64,000 nt of DNA from a virus: the IMG/VR virus record IMGVR_UViG_3300027749_000063, positions 1 to 64,000 of that record; one strand, 5' to 3'. The translations under genes and the position numbers were made by a program. The notes under the pieces are model-generated. The model was not told the DNA's origin, searched no databases, and saw only the letters and a program-made list of their open reading frames with translations. Below are positions 7,452 through 17,229 of this stretch, piece after piece. Position 1 is the first letter of the stretch. Each line of letters starts with the position of its first letter.

Positions 7452-7481
7452 TTGACTTAATTTCTAGATTCTCTACATTTG
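7452..7481 (+). promoter_or_regulatory. Bacteroidota sigma-A-type promoter
   Basis: TTG-N19-TACATTTG. Confidence 0.75.
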
Positions 7482-7486
7482 TAAAC

Positions 7487-7610
7487 GAGGAAGATCAGTG
7501 TTTGTGGAGTTACGATTTCTTTGTGACTAATTTCTTAGCCATTTTTTGGAGGGTAATTAGGTAGGGATCAGATCTTTCTCCTTCATTACCCTGCCTAAGC
7601 CCTCTTTTTT
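7487..7610 (+). ncRNA. candidate sRNA or terminated leader
   Basis: ORF-less stretch between the promoter and a GAGGG...CCCTC-T-run hairpin. Confidence 0.4.
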
Positions 7611-7635
7611 ATTTTATGATATCTTAAAATACTTT

Positions 7636-8013
7636 ATGATACGTGATAACTTCTTTCTAACCCCTGGCTACTCTCAAGATTTAATAGAAGCTATTATTAA
7701 AGGCTTCTCAGAGAAGACTTATGTTTGTCCTCATGATTGGCAACAGCTTTATCAATTTAAAGAAAGGTTAGGAGTAGTCATTAGGCGAGAAAATGAGAAG
7801 TGGTTTATGCTTCTTAGAGGAGGAGATAACTATGGAGGAGAATTTGAAACTCAAGTTATCGAAAGTAAAGCGATTCCGTGTTCTAAGCCTAGATTTGAGT
7901 TCCCCTACCAGAGACAAGGATTCTTAAGATACGAAGGACAAGTACAAACAGGCCACTATCTAGAGAACGGCTATATCCTAACAGAAGAAAATCAATACAT
8001 TGTTTTTGAATAA
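7636..8013 (+). CDS. hypothetical (tail-associated) protein
   Basis: 125 aa, directly before the tail fibre; C-terminal YILTEENQYIVFE. Confidence 0.6.
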   Translation: MIRDNFFLTPGYSQDLIEAIIKGFSEKTYVCPHDWQQLYQFKERLGVVIRRENEKWFMLLRGGDNYGGEFETQVIESKAIPCSKPRFEFPYQRQGFLRYEGQVQTGHYLENGYILTEENQYIVFE

Positions 8014-8036
8014 AATTAATTAAAATTAATTAAACT

Positions 8037-11000
8037 ATGAACTTTAAAGTATCCCAACTTAAATCCCTAACAGCAGGGCAAGTAGCAGTAGACGATTTGA
8101 TCTACGTTATAGACAGTAATCCTACAGATGGTTCTGTTAAATCTAAAAAAGTCACAGTAGGCGACTTAATTGATTCAAGGATCTACGGAATCAGTTCTAG
8201 TCAATTCGTTTTAATAACGGGTTACTATGCAGATCCTTCTTGGATCAGTTCGTTAGATTGGTCTAAGATAACAAACGCTCCTTCTTTCGTCACTTCTCTG
8301 TCAGCTTTAACAGACGTACAACTCTCAACTCCTCTTGTAGGACAAGCTTTAGTTTATAATGGAACTAAGTGGGTAAACCAAGGAATAGGAGAACTAGATA
8401 CTTTAAATTCGGTAACAACCAGAGGAAACACTACAACTAACTCTATTACTGTAGGTGGGTTGACAGTTGCTACCAGTCTAATCTACACAGACACTGTTAA
8501 TAGCAGGGTTGGTATAGGAACTACTAGTCCTTTATTTAAAGTAGACATATCAAATAGAGTAATGTTGGGGCAATACCCAGCCTCTGCAACCTATGGTGCA
8601 GTTTATTTGGGAAACATTACTCCTTCAAATACAAACTATAGTTTAACATCAAATAGTGTAGATACATACCTAAATGGAACAAGCAATATAAACTTTTCCA
8701 TAAACGATGTACTCAAGTTAAAATTAGCCTCTACAGGAAACTTTCTTATAGGAACCACAACTGACTCTGGTTACAAGTTAGATGTAAATGGTACAATCAG
8801 AAGTTCAGGAACAAACGGACTTATACTTTATGATGGAACGTATGGTGCAAAAGTTTCTATGTCTAGTTACATTTTTACCATAGAAAAAGAAGGAACTTAC
8901 GGTATATCAACGTATTTATTTAAATATAATGACGGAACTACTGCTCTATCTTTAACTGGCAACACTACTATTCTTGGAATAGGGGGCAGTGATGATGCTG
9001 TAATGCTATCTAGAAACGTATATGCAAGAGCCGATGCTGCATTTGGGTTTACTACTTACGGATCAACTACTAAGTACAAAGCAATACAAGCGATATTTAC
9101 AGACAACAGTACTAGTGGTGTAGCGTTCAACTATAAAACAGGAGGTACAGATACAGAGGCAATGAGAATTGCTTCTTCTGGAAACATAATAGTATCCAAA
9201 ACTGTAAAATCAATCTATGATAATTATTCTGACTTAGGAACAAGTGCTGAAAGATTTGCTAACTTATATTCTTTGACAGGTAGATTTACAAACGTTAGTA
9301 CAAATAATCTAGGACCTAATGGTGCAGCAACTTGGATAACTATTAGTTCAAGTGTATTTGCATTGGTTGGAGGACAATTAAACGTCAAGGGTTCAGGTTC
9401 CACATCTGCGACTACTTCTTTGTTAGTACAAAATAGTTCATCAACTCCATCTCTTACCGTATTAGACAATGGACTTGTAAGTGCAGGTACTGCTACTTCA
9501 GGAGTATTAATGAATAATAATGGAGGTTATCCTTCAATAGGATTCTGGGAAAGTATTGCAAGATGGACTATACAAAGACAAGGTAGTGATCATCTAGATT
9601 TTATAGCTGCTACTAATGGATATGCAAAAATATCTTTTGTTCCTAGCAACACTACAGGAGGAGTAGGAATAGGGAATGATCTTTACCAGTCGGCAGGTGT
9701 TTTAAAACCTGCTTCTGCTATTCTTTCCCTTTATGCGGAGTCACAAGGATTTTTACAACCAAGACTTTCTACTAGTCAAAAAAATTCTATAGCTACCCCT
9801 GCAACTGGTCTTCAAGTCTATGACTCTACATTAAATAAAAATAACTTATACAACGGAACTCTTTGGCAGAACATAGCAACAGAGACTTGGGTAGCAGCAC
9901 AAGGATACTTAACTACTGCTCCTACACTTGCTAGTGTAACTACAGCAGGGAACACCACCACCAATGCGATTACTGTAGGTGGAGTTACTAGTACTGGAAA
10001 CATAGATGTTGGAGGCAATTTTGTTGGAAACGGCACATCGCAGTACGTTCATTTTACTGGGGGTAGTGGTGAGTTTAGATTTAAAAATGGTTCTGGTGGT
10101 GGATGGTATTATACTTGGTGTCAAAATGGTTCTTTTGGAACAGAAGAAAAAATGCGATTGTCAACAAACAACAACTTGTTGATAGGCACTACTACCGATG
10201 CAGGATATAAGTTAGATGTTAATGGGACAGGAAGGTTTAGTAGTTCAATTACAGGTACTGTTTTAAAAATAGATGGTACTGGTGCTGCGACAGGTTTTGA
10301 GATTAATTCTCAACTTGACAGTGATCTGAGACCGTCTTATATGGTTTTTTCAAGAGGAGGTACACAAAAATATATAATTGGTCACAGTTATGGTAGAAGT
10401 GGGTTTTTTATATCAAATGGAAATGACACAGTCACTTATCTTAATATAAATTCAACCGGCAATGTTCTTGTAGGAACTACTATAGACAGTAATGCAAAAT
10501 TTGTAGTAGCAGGTTCAACAACTGCGGCTTCACTTATTGCAAGAGGAGTATACTTCAACAATACACTTGTAGCAGCAGCAAATAATGACGTATTAGTAGG
10601 ACTAGACATCAATCCTACATATACGTTAGGTTCATTTTCAGGAACACAGAGACATGGGGTAAGAATACAGAACTCTAGACTTTATATTACAGGTAGTTAT
10701 TCTGCTGCATCTAGTGAGGCTATTAACCCACAGTCTCTGGTCCATATTGATGCTACAATAAATGGATTAGCGGGTACTAGAGCTATTGCTGTAAGAATCA
10801 ATCCAACAATAAATATGAGTGATGCAGTTAGTCAAACTTTTGTTGCATTAGAAGTAGCTCCTACTTTTACGAACAATGCAAATAATTCTACTGCTTTAGC
10901 AATAAATAGTATTGGTCCAAACTACTTAGCTGGAGTAAATACTTTTGGTTATATTACAAATTGGCCTTTAACAGGAGGAACTTCTACATATCACTATATA

Positions 11001-12326
11001 GGAGCACCAAATGGTCAAGGATTTAGAGTACAAATAAACTCAAACATTGCAGGTTATTCTTATGAGTTTGATGGATCAGGTATTCCAACTTATACTCTTA
11101 GGAATAATAACATTGATGCACTAAAAGTTTACAGTACAGGAAATGTTGGCATTAATACAACCACAGACGCAGGATACAAACTAGATGTAAATGGTAGTGC
11201 AAGGTTTGGGGACTTAGGCAATGTGTATTACATGACATTAACAAGTGGAGGTGCAGATGGAGGTATATTGAGAGTTGGTGGGGCAAGTTATGGTTATGCT
11301 GAACTTAAGTCTTATGGGTTAACTCTTAATGGAGGACATTCTCTTTCTGGTACAGGTGGTGTCCCACAATTTGCTTTAACAAGTCAAGTATCTCCAAGTG
11401 CAGCGCAAAGTAACGCAGCTATTAAGTTTGTTGCAGATAATCCTGGCTCAGGCGGAGGTATTTGGGGAGCATACTCAACAGCACTTGCTTTTAACTTTTT
11501 GAAGAAAGAAACTGGAGGAACTTATACCTCCATACTTGCAATGAATGGAGGGACCAACTTTGTTGGTATAGGAACAACAACACCTGTCTCTAAATTAAAT
11601 GTATATGGTGGAGATATTATCTCCTCTAGTTCTACAGCAAACAGAACAACTAAGTTAAATGATACAGGACTTTACTTAAGTCGTACAAGTGATGGAACTT
11701 ATCCTAATTCAATTACTGCCGATGGTAGTATGTTTTACGATGCTCGTGGTAATCATATAATAAGAACTGATACAGTTACTATTTTTGAGTTGTCAAATGC
11801 TTATCAAAACGTAACAATTGGTTCTACCTCAATTTCGGGTGCACGATTAGTTGTTAGGGGATCTGGTTCTACTTCAGCTACAAGTTCATTGTTGGTGCAG
11901 AATAGTTCGGGGACAGAGTTATTTAAAGTTTCTGATAATCAAGTTACTTCTTTTAGAAATGGTCTTGTTCAAATAGGTGACGCAACGGGAGGAGGTCAGT
12001 CAGCACAAGCATATAAAGTTGACTTTGCCACGGGTTGGGGTTATGGGATTTCAAATCTAACAATGTCTGAATTTTATTTTGAAGTTAGAGCAACGGGTCA
12101 ATCAATTTTTGGTTCAGGTAATAATTCATACATAACGCTATCTCCGTCAGCAAAAGTTCAGATTGATTCTACAACTCAAGGATTCCTTGCTCCAAGAATG
12201 ACGACTGCTCAGATTAATGCTATTACGTCTCCAGCAGAAGGATTACAAGTTTATAATACAGACTTACACGTTATATGTTTTTATGATGGTACAGGTTGGA
12301 AAAGAGTTGTCCATCTTGCTATGTAA
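8037..12326 (+). CDS. long tail fibre / receptor-binding protein
   Basis: 1429 aa, G/S/T-rich; repeated GNxxIxTTTDxGYKLDVNG and QGFLxPR..I.xPAxGLQVY modules. Confidence 0.85.
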   Translation: MNFKVSQLKSLTAGQVAVDDLIYVIDSNPTDGSVKSKKVTVGDLIDSRIYGISSSQFVLITGYYADPSWISSLDWSKITNAPSFVTSLSALTDVQLSTPLVGQALVYNGTKWVNQGIGELDTLNSVTTRGNTTTNSITVGGLTVATSLIYTDTVNSRVGIGTTSPLFKVDISNRVMLGQYPASATYGAVYLGNITPSNTNYSLTSNSVDTYLNGTSNINFSINDVLKLKLASTGNFLIGTTTDSGYKLDVNGTIRSSGTNGLILYDGTYGAKVSMSSYIFTIEKEGTYGISTYLFKYNDGTTALSLTGNTTILGIGGSDDAVMLSRNVYARADAAFGFTTYGSTTKYKAIQAIFTDNSTSGVAFNYKTGGTDTEAMRIASSGNIIVSKTVKSIYDNYSDLGTSAERFANLYSLTGRFTNVSTNNLGPNGAATWITISSSVFALVGGQLNVKGSGSTSATTSLLVQNSSSTPSLTVLDNGLVSAGTATSGVLMNNNGGYPSIGFWESIARWTIQRQGSDHLDFIAATNGYAKISFVPSNTTGGVGIGNDLYQSAGVLKPASAILSLYAESQGFLQPRLSTSQKNSIATPATGLQVYDSTLNKNNLYNGTLWQNIATETWVAAQGYLTTAPTLASVTTAGNTTTNAITVGGVTSTGNIDVGGNFVGNGTSQYVHFTGGSGEFRFKNGSGGGWYYTWCQNGSFGTEEKMRLSTNNNLLIGTTTDAGYKLDVNGTGRFSSSITGTVLKIDGTGAATGFEINSQLDSDLRPSYMVFSRGGTQKYIIGHSYGRSGFFISNGNDTVTYLNINSTGNVLVGTTIDSNAKFVVAGSTTAASLIARGVYFNNTLVAAANNDVLVGLDINPTYTLGSFSGTQRHGVRIQNSRLYITGSYSAASSEAINPQSLVHIDATINGLAGTRAIAVRINPTINMSDAVSQTFVALEVAPTFTNNANNSTALAINSIGPNYLAGVNTFGYITNWPLTGGTSTYHYIGAPNGQGFRVQINSNIAGYSYEFDGSGIPTYTLRNNNIDALKVYSTGNVGINTTTDAGYKLDVNGSARFGDLGNVYYMTLTSGGADGGILRVGGASYGYAELKSYGLTLNGGHSLSGTGGVPQFALTSQVSPSAAQSNAAIKFVADNPGSGGGIWGAYSTALAFNFLKKETGGTYTSILAMNGGTNFVGIGTTTPVSKLNVYGGDIISSSSTANRTTKLNDTGLYLSRTSDGTYPNSITADGSMFYDARGNHIIRTDTVTIFELSNAYQNVTIGSTSISGARLVVRGSGSTSATSSLLVQNSSGTELFKVSDNQVTSFRNGLVQIGDATGGGQSAQAYKVDFATGWGYGISNLTMSEFYFEVRATGQSIFGSGNNSYITLSPSAKVQIDSTTQGFLAPRMTTAQINAITSPAEGLQVYNTDLHVICFYDGTGWKRVVHLAM

Positions 12327-12338
12327 TAGGCATCTCTC

Positions 12339-12368
12339 TTGACATTTTAATCTATTAAATTATCTTTG
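12339..12368 (+). promoter_or_regulatory. Bacteroidota-type promoter
   Basis: TTG-N19-TATCTTTG. Confidence 0.7.
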
Positions 12369-12397
12369 CAACGTATACAAAAAATTAAATAATAAAC

Positions 12398-12685
12398 ATG
12401 GCAACAAAAATTAAATCCGTTAACGTACCTGGTAAAGGTGCTGGCGAGTACTTGGACTTAACAGTTCTTTCTTTTTCTCTTTTCCCTAGCAGCATCTCTT
12501 TGTACTGGGCTATTAAAGCTGAATCTATCTCTACTGACACTGAAGGAGTTGAAGTAGTAAGCGTAGGTGCCACTTTGACAGAAGGTAACTTAAGCGTTCC
12601 TGAAGCAATTGTATCCACTTGGGGTACTGATGATTCAGTAATTGCTGATTGGGCTATCGAAGAATTGGGCTTAGAAAAAGCTTAA
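12398..12685 (+). CDS. probable tail fibre assembly/chaperone protein
   Basis: 95 aa after the fibre; WGTDDSVIADW motif; function inferred from position. Confidence 0.5.
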   Translation: MATKIKSVNVPGKGAGEYLDLTVLSFSLFPSSISLYWAIKAESISTDTEGVEVVSVGATLTEGNLSVPEAIVSTWGTDDSVIADWAIEELGLEKA

Positions 12686-12754
12686 TTGTTTAGACAATTT
12701 GTCATTATCTCAGCAAAAGGAATTATATTTGCATAAACCAACTAAAATAATATT

Positions 12755-13048
12755 ATGGCAACTAAGTTAACCGAACAAGAAATCGAAGCTATCAAAGGCT
12801 TCCAACAGAAAACCCAGAACGTGATTATGGATTTGGGCAAAATCGAACTTCAAATGGCTGATCTTGAGTCTGTAAAAGCTCAAGTAAAAGACGTTATGAA
12901 AGAAGTAAGCAAAGAACAAACAGAGTTCTTCAAGAACATTGAAGAGACCTATGGTAAAGGTCAAATTAACTTGGAGACTTATGAGCACATTGCTACAGAA
13001 GTTGAAGACCCTACTGTCTACCAAATGGGAGACGATGAAGTACTTTAA
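12755..13048 (+). CDS. coiled-coil hypothetical protein
   Basis: Heptad pattern; ETYGKGQINLETY near the C-terminus. Confidence 0.65.
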   Translation: MATKLTEQEIEAIKGFQQKTQNVIMDLGKIELQMADLESVKAQVKDVMKEVSKEQTEFFKNIEETYGKGQINLETYEHIATEVEDPTVYQMGDDEVL

Positions 13049-13089
13049 TTAGTATTACAAAGTATTACAAAGTATTAAGTAATTTATTG

Positions 13090-13118
13090 AGACCCTCAGA
13101 GAAATCTGGGGGTTTTTT
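13090..13118 (+). terminator. intrinsic terminator
   Basis: AGACCCTCAGA-GAAA-TCTGGGGGTTT followed by T-run. Confidence 0.75.
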
Positions 13119-13135
13119 GTTTTACAGTTAAGCAG

Positions 13136-13165
13136 TTGACTTATTTTTTTAAAGTTTTATCTTTG
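13136..13165 (+). promoter_or_regulatory. Bacteroidota-type promoter of the lysis/envelope operon
   Basis: TTG-N19-TATCTTTG. Confidence 0.7.
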
Positions 13166-13217
13166 CCCATAACCAACCTTTTCTCGCCTCTACTATCTAT
13201 GAAAGTCCGAAGTCGCT

Positions 13218-13340
13218 TTGAACATTTTCTCAGATATCACTGTATTGGTGAGTTTAACTGTTTTTCTCACTGTCCTACTTTCTAAGTGGGTCATAGAAGA
13301 CATTATTAAATTCTTAAAGAATAAAAAAGGTAACATATGA
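13218..13340 (+). CDS. 40-aa single-TM microprotein (TTG start; not in the ORF track)
   Basis: NIFSDITVLVSLTVFLTVLLSKWVIEDIIKFLKNKKGNI; ATGA overlap with the holin-like gene. Confidence 0.45.
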   Translation: MNIFSDITVLVSLTVFLTVLLSKWVIEDIIKFLKNKKGNI

Positions 13341-13585
13341 AACTATTAAACTTTATTGGCGGACTCTTCAAAGATGAGAAGGGTGTTGTCTCCATGAAAC
13401 GATTGTGCGGATTAGCATGCACAGTTACACTATGCGCTACATTGTACGCTAACTCTTTTACAGAGTCTCACTTTGCTCCTTCTGTTCCTTTGGTGGATGC
13501 AGTTGCTTTGTTGGCTTTTGGTTGTCTTTCTTTGACAAGCGCAGAGAAAATTATGAAAAAACCTGGAGCTAGTTCTGAGGATTAA
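13337..13585 (+). CDS. holin-like 2-TM protein
   Basis: 82 aa, SMKRL then two hydrophobic segments; directly before the lysin. Confidence 0.6.
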   Translation: MKLLNFIGGLFKDEKGVVSMKRLCGLACTVTLCATLYANSFTESHFAPSVPLVDAVALLAFGCLSLTSAEKIMKKPGASSED

Positions 13586-13627
13586 TTTACTATAAACTAT
13601 AAACTATAAATTAAAATATAAAATACT

Positions 13628-14185
13628 ATGAGTTTTACTAGAGAACAAATCGAAGCAGCTGTTAAAGCTAAAGGGCACAAATACTTCGAGAACGGAGAAT
13701 TTAATATCAATGTAATTGGTATTCGTAATAGTGCTACAGGACAAAAAGTTACCAATGCATTTGATGATTGGATGACTTTGAGCTATAAAGAAGGCGGAGA
13801 ATGGAAGTTCCATATCTGGCCTTGTACCACAGATAACGGTGGTGGAACTGCTCGTGTTAAACCAGGACAATATCCAGGATCACATGGTGTAGGTCTTCAC
13901 CAAGGTAAATACAAGTGTCTTAAGCAGAAAGCTCCTCTTACTGTATTCCGTGACTATACTAAAGACGGAGTATACCAAGAAGATAAAACTGAGACTGGAG
14001 TATTTGGTATCAACATTCACAAAGCAGGAGTTGATAGTCAGCAAGTTGGCGACTGGTCACATGGTTGCCAGGTATTTAAAAAGATTGCTGATTTTGATAA
14101 ATTTCTTGCAATCTGCGAGAAAGGTGCTAAATTACAGGGAGATTCTTTTACCTACACTTTAATTAAATCAGAAGACATTAAATAA
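13628..14185 (+). CDS. endolysin candidate, L,D-transpeptidase (YkuD)-like His/Cys enzyme
   Basis: GINIH...WSHGCQV (HxnSxGC) motif; position after the holin-like gene. Confidence 0.65.
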   Translation: MSFTREQIEAAVKAKGHKYFENGEFNINVIGIRNSATGQKVTNAFDDWMTLSYKEGGEWKFHIWPCTTDNGGGTARVKPGQYPGSHGVGLHQGKYKCLKQKAPLTVFRDYTKDGVYQEDKTETGVFGINIHKAGVDSQQVGDWSHGCQVFKKIADFDKFLAICEKGAKLQGDSFTYTLIKSEDIK

Positions 14186-14659
14186 ATGAAAGGACTTTTT
14201 GTAAGTCTTTTTCTAATTCTTTCTATTCCCTGCTTTTCTCAGATTAAAGTGATGAAGGCAGGGGATGGTTGGGATTTAAAGGTAGACTCAGCCTTAGCAT
14301 TAATTGCTCAAACAGATGTCAATGTATACATTAGATTAATAGATGTCTGCGACATAGTAGACTTTTGGATTAGTCCCTATTCTTCTAATAACATCTCTCA
14401 AGACGGAAACACTATTTACATAGCCGTAGGAGATGCAAAGATGAACTCAATAGCCAACTTAGCTTGCGTTCTAGTACATGAGAGTCTTCACTTAAACTAT
14501 TTGTTACATCCAGTAACTCAGAGTCTAGAAGAAGAAGAAGAACTTAAGTGCTACATATACGAGTTAAGTTTTATAAACAAACTACCAACCCCAGAGCCTT
14601 GGTTACAGGCAAACGCTGTAGAACAAATACACAAATTAAGTAAAATAAAAACAAAATGA
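14186..14659 (+). CDS. secreted zincin-like metallopeptidase
   Basis: Signal peptide ending ...PCFS-Q; LVHESLH (HExxH) plus downstream EEEL..Y..E. Confidence 0.7.
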   Translation: MKGLFVSLFLILSIPCFSQIKVMKAGDGWDLKVDSALALIAQTDVNVYIRLIDVCDIVDFWISPYSSNNISQDGNTIYIAVGDAKMNSIANLACVLVHESLHLNYLLHPVTQSLEEEEELKCYIYELSFINKLPTPEPWLQANAVEQIHKLSKIKTK

Positions 14660-16557
14660 ACAAATTAATTAAAATCTTCATCGGAGTGCTCACATTGTTG
14701 GTTGGCAATGCATCAGCACAATCTTCTGCTACCTCTCCAGGTACAGGTCACTGGGTAGTAATTGACTCAGGCTATCAAGTAGCTACTAACACTGTTGGTA
14801 AAACAGTTGCTCCTCTACATTTCTATAATACTTCTACTTCAGAGAAGATCACAGGTATGCAATTCCGTGTGTTCTACGATAAAACTGCTTTTACTGCAGT
14901 TGTTCCCTCTCTTAAGATTTCTACTACAGATCAATACCTTCAGTACGTAGATAGTAACACACAAGGATTCTTAACAGTTACCTTGGCTTATACAGGTACT
15001 AATTCTACTTACAACTATTCTAATGGAGCTACATTTGATTTGACTTTTACTCACGCTGCTGAGTCTACTTGGAATACTTTAGATTCTATCAAGACCTTAA
15101 AAGTTGCAGGTGTTAAGTCGTTCTCTAACAGAGCTGCTACTAACTGGGGTAATGATACTACTTTGGTAGTTTACTCATATGGTGGACGCTTCAACCAAAA
15201 GGTATTGAGATTTGCTACTAAGTTTAAAAACGTTACAGGATCTAACGCTAAGAATCTTACAGTTAGCTTAGAGAAAAGAGCTAAGGGTTCTTCTACTTGG
15301 ACTGAAATTGCTGCACAGAAAACTAACTCTAATGGGGTTACTGTATTCCGTAAGTTCTTAGATACTACTTATTGGGATGTACGTATTGTAGTTAAAGGCG
15401 ATACAATGACTCCAGGTAACGTATTCTCTACCGCTGATGCACAGAAGATCAATCAATCTATCTTAGGTCAATACACTCCTGCAGGATTTGATTACTACAC
15501 AATGGATGTAAACGGTACTACTGGTGATATTTCTATTGCTGATGTATACTCTGTATACGGACGTTTGGCAGGTAGATTCTCTGCTTGGCCTAATTCTAAG
15601 AAAGATGTAATGTTCTTTACAGTTGCTGAATATAATTCAATCAACGGATCTGCTTCTAACTTAACTGCTACTTACTCTACTGTAAATAACTTTACTTATT
15701 CTGTAGATGGAAGAGATTCTATTACTTACTATGTAGCTGTTAAAGGAGATGCAAACTCTACAGGATTTAAGATGGCTCGTTTGACTCCTATCAAAATTAC
15801 TAATCAAGCTAATGCTAAGAAATACATTATTGATGAAACTGTAACTTATGATTTCCCAGCAGAAACTATTGAGGTAAACATGCCTAAAGTATCTGTAAAT
15901 GAAGGAAACCTAGTTAACGTTCCTGTTAAAGTTTTGACTAACGGAAAGAACTTAGGTGCACTACAGTTAGATCTTAGGTATGACACAGCTTACTTAGAAT
16001 TTAAAGGTATTGAGAACACTGAAAAGATGATGAAGTGGACTACTTACATGAACCCTTCTAATGGTATTGTTTCTTGGGGAGGTGCGGACTTAACTAACGA
16101 AAACTTACTTAATGACGGAGAACAAGCATTTACAGTTCAGTTCATTGCTAAGAAGCCCCAAGATAGTTGGGCAACTGCAGCTTTATGGACAGGTGCTAAA
16201 TACGTAGGAGACAAGGACTCTAAGGATATGAACATCATTCCTGCTATGGGTATTGTAGAAGTACGTAGAGTTAACAAAGGAACTGTTTCGCTTAATGACC
16301 TTAACTCTATTATAGTATTCCCTAATCCTACAGAAGGAGATATTCAGATTCAATTTAAAATTAAAGAAGACTCTAACGTAGACATGGCTATCTCTGATGA
16401 GGTAGGAAGACGTATACAGACCATTCTAAAACAACGTATGCCTGCAGGTAAGTACAAGTATAGTGCAAACCTAGATCGTCTCTCTGATGGCGTTTATATT
16501 CTTTCTGTAACTACTGAGACAGAAGTATTACATTCTAAAATAATCGTACAAAAATGA
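14656..16557 (+). CDS. secreted cohesin-Ig-dockerin-cohesin protein with T9SS C-terminal sorting domain
   Basis: Signal ...NASA-Q; ITGMQFRVFYDKT and VNVPVKV...LGALQLDLRYDTAYLEF cohesin-like; DVNGTTGDISIADV dockerin-like; VFPNP...LSDGVYILSV...KIIVQK CTD. Confidence 0.75.
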   Translation: MNKLIKIFIGVLTLLVGNASAQSSATSPGTGHWVVIDSGYQVATNTVGKTVAPLHFYNTSTSEKITGMQFRVFYDKTAFTAVVPSLKISTTDQYLQYVDSNTQGFLTVTLAYTGTNSTYNYSNGATFDLTFTHAAESTWNTLDSIKTLKVAGVKSFSNRAATNWGNDTTLVVYSYGGRFNQKVLRFATKFKNVTGSNAKNLTVSLEKRAKGSSTWTEIAAQKTNSNGVTVFRKFLDTTYWDVRIVVKGDTMTPGNVFSTADAQKINQSILGQYTPAGFDYYTMDVNGTTGDISIADVYSVYGRLAGRFSAWPNSKKDVMFFTVAEYNSINGSASNLTATYSTVNNFTYSVDGRDSITYYVAVKGDANSTGFKMARLTPIKITNQANAKKYIIDETVTYDFPAETIEVNMPKVSVNEGNLVNVPVKVLTNGKNLGALQLDLRYDTAYLEFKGIENTEKMMKWTTYMNPSNGIVSWGGADLTNENLLNDGEQAFTVQFIAKKPQDSWATAALWTGAKYVGDKDSKDMNIIPAMGIVEVRRVNKGTVSLNDLNSIIVFPNPTEGDIQIQFKIKEDSNVDMAISDEVGRRIQTILKQRMPAGKYKYSANLDRLSDGVYILSVTTETEVLHSKIIVQK

Positions 16558-16904
16558 ACATAAAAAAAGCACTTGGTTTTACCCAAGCAGAACCAGTAGC
16601 AGTAGATTCTAAAAACAGGTTCTACTACATGCTACAACAAATGCAAGCCAATCGTTGGAGAATTACCGCTATCGTATTAGGTTTGTTTACTTTAATTATT
16701 CTCGGTATCAATGCAGCAGTATTTTTAGGAGCTTCTATTGGAGAAGACTGGAAAGAAATGCTACTTATTCTCTTAGGTGCTTTTGTAGGTAATTTAAACA
16801 AAGTAGTTGACTACTGGTTTAACTCTGAAGACAGAGACAAGATGTTAATACAGAAGGTCGATGAGGAAGACGGAGAATCACTATCAAACACAACTAATCC
16901 ATAA
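16554..16904 (+). CDS. 2-TM inner-membrane protein
   Basis: ITAIVLGLFTLIILGINAAVFLG and MLLILLGAFVG; VVDYWF motif. Confidence 0.7.
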   Translation: MNIKKALGFTQAEPVAVDSKNRFYYMLQQMQANRWRITAIVLGLFTLIILGINAAVFLGASIGEDWKEMLLILLGAFVGNLNKVVDYWFNSEDRDKMLIQKVDEEDGESLSNTTNP

Positions 16905-16908
16905 TATC

Positions 16909-17229
16909 ATGTCAGAAGAAAAAGAAGAAGGCGGTATGTCCGCTATCAAAAAAACAATCATTGGAGCAATCACTACTGCTGTAACAGCAGGAGGTGCTTG
17001 GTTTGCTACTCACTTAGGTGGTGGAGAAGATGAAAAGCCAGAAACTCCAACTGCTGTAGCAGCCCCTGCACCTGTGATTAACATCACTACGAACAACGAA
17101 CAAAAGCAACAAGCAAATACTGGTGGTGGTAACACTACTATTATCAGAGAGAAGACAATTGAAAAAGCTGCTTCTCCTGCTCCTGCTCCAGCAACTAAAC
17201 CAAAGCCAGATGAAGAAGATCCTTGGTAG
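16909..17229 (+). CDS. single-TM protein with Pro/Ala-rich disordered tail
   Basis: Likely start is MSEEKEEGG at 16909 (track ORF begins 16861); TM TIIGAITTAVTAGGAWFA. Confidence 0.65.
   Translation: MSEEKEEGGMSAIKKTIIGAITTAVTAGGAWFATHLGGGEDEKPETPTAVAAPAPVINITTNNEQKQQANTGGGNTTIIREKTIEKAASPAPAPATKPKPDEEDPW

Noticed and set aside
8037-12326. DGR target or invertible tail-fibre cassette
   Set aside because: No reverse transcriptase, adenine-variant template repeat or recombinase in the window
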